Below, piece after piece: positions 63,588-64,000 of a stretch of DNA of 64,000 nucleotides. The translations under genes and the position numbers were made by a program. The DNA is from Salibacteraceae bacterium. GTDB taxonomy: Bacteria; Bacteroidota; Bacteroidia; Flavobacteriales_G; Salibacteraceae. Where the stretch lies: positions 1,037,480 through 1,101,479 of the forward strand of contig OZ253948.1 of the NCBI GenBank assembly GCA_965267285.1. Reading direction: 5' to 3'. How positions within the stretch are numbered: position 1 is the first letter of the stretch; every line of letters starts with the position of its first letter. Under the pieces are notes generated by a model that was given only the letters and a program-made list of their open reading frames with translations, was not told where the DNA came from and did not search any database.

Positions 63588-64000
63588 CTATTGCGGAATA
63601 CCGGCATACCTTATCCCGGTCAATTGGTGTACCTCGTGATTTAGCGTGCTGAGATCGTCAAAGGCAAACTGTGAAACATGATTGTGCCCACATGCCCTGG
63701 CGACGACTTTTATCAGATCCGCAGAAGCGAGGAAGAAGTTCTTAAGCTGCTTGGCTGAACTTTCCACTATCAACCGGCTCCTCAAGTGCTCCTTTTGGGT
63801 TGCGATCCCGACCGGGCAATTATTTGTATTACACGCCCGCATTCCCAGACAACCAATCGATTGCAACGCCGAGTTAGAGACAGCTATAGCGTCGGCACCA
63901 AGCATCATAGCCTTTGCGAAATCTTCGGCAACGCGTAAACCACCGGTAATGACCAGGGTGACACCCGTGGCTCCAACTTGATCCAAATGCTTTCGGGCAC
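63588..64000 (-). CDS. 3' part of an FMN-binding glutamate-synthase-domain (GltB domain 2-like) protein; 5' end outside window
   Basis: ...LIASGGLRVAEDFAKAMMLGADAI...C..MRACNTNNCPVGIATQ pattern. The frame stays open to the window edge. Confidence 0.75.
   Translation of the reverse strand, partial: ARKHLDQVGATGVTLVITGGLRVAEDFAKAMMLGADAIAVSNSALQSIGCLGMRACNTNNCPVGIATQKEHLRSRLIVESSAKQLKNFFLASADLIKVVARACGHNHVSQFAFDDLSTLNHEVHQLTGIRYAGIPQ

Noticed and set aside
1-64000. Genomic island, prophage, mobile element or defence island anywhere in the window.
   Set aside because: No integrase, transposase, recombinase, tRNA attachment site, flanking direct repeats, restriction-modification genes, Cas genes or known defence genes could be recognised. 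Gene density and start-stop coupling look uniform across the window.

Overview
The window is a chromosomal segment that looks like Bacteroidota (Flavobacteriia/Cytophagia-like). The evidence for that placement is a T9SS type-A C-terminal sorting domain, an S46 (DPP7-like) peptidase with the KEGMWIP N-terminus, a BatA-type double-TM protein, no Shine-Dalgarno sequences, and many TAnnTTTG (-7) boxes just upstream of start codons. About 60 tightly packed protein genes fill the window, with frequent ATGA/GTGA start-stop overlaps. I found no rRNA, tRNA, CRISPR array, transposase, integrase or phage gene.

Recognisable content:
- Housekeeping genes: surE, lpxB, smpB, fhs, aroQ, ggt, a TrmH-family methyltransferase, NDH-2 and ComEC.
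- A DtxR/MntR-regulated metal ABC importer operon.
- A MarR-YceI pair.
- A peptide-scavenging set: S46, M3 and M28 peptidases, GGT and a POT transporter.
- Two bestrophin-family channels and two MBL-fold hydrolases.
- Several exported repeat proteins.

The most unusual locus is 11816-15926 (minus strand). An uncharacterised two-gene module is present three times in tandem (B-A-B-A-B-A). B is a lipoprotein with a poly-acidic tether and a helical-looking body; A is a small exported protein with a conserved Cys pair. The copies are diverged and appear translationally coupled, and I cannot assign either family to a named domain.

Other points of interest:
- A CDO-like cupin fused to a SAM methyltransferase and coupled to a bestrophin gene.
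- A four-gene operon: SRPBCC, NDH-2, a sulfotransferase-like protein and a class IV aminotransferase.
- A 1018-aa ABCG-type transporter with extra domains.
- A frameshifted outer-membrane gene.
- A 19-nt element identical upstream of two exported-protein genes.
- -7 boxes positioned for leaderless mRNAs.

All family calls come from motif recognition by eye. No database search, HMM search or statistic was run.
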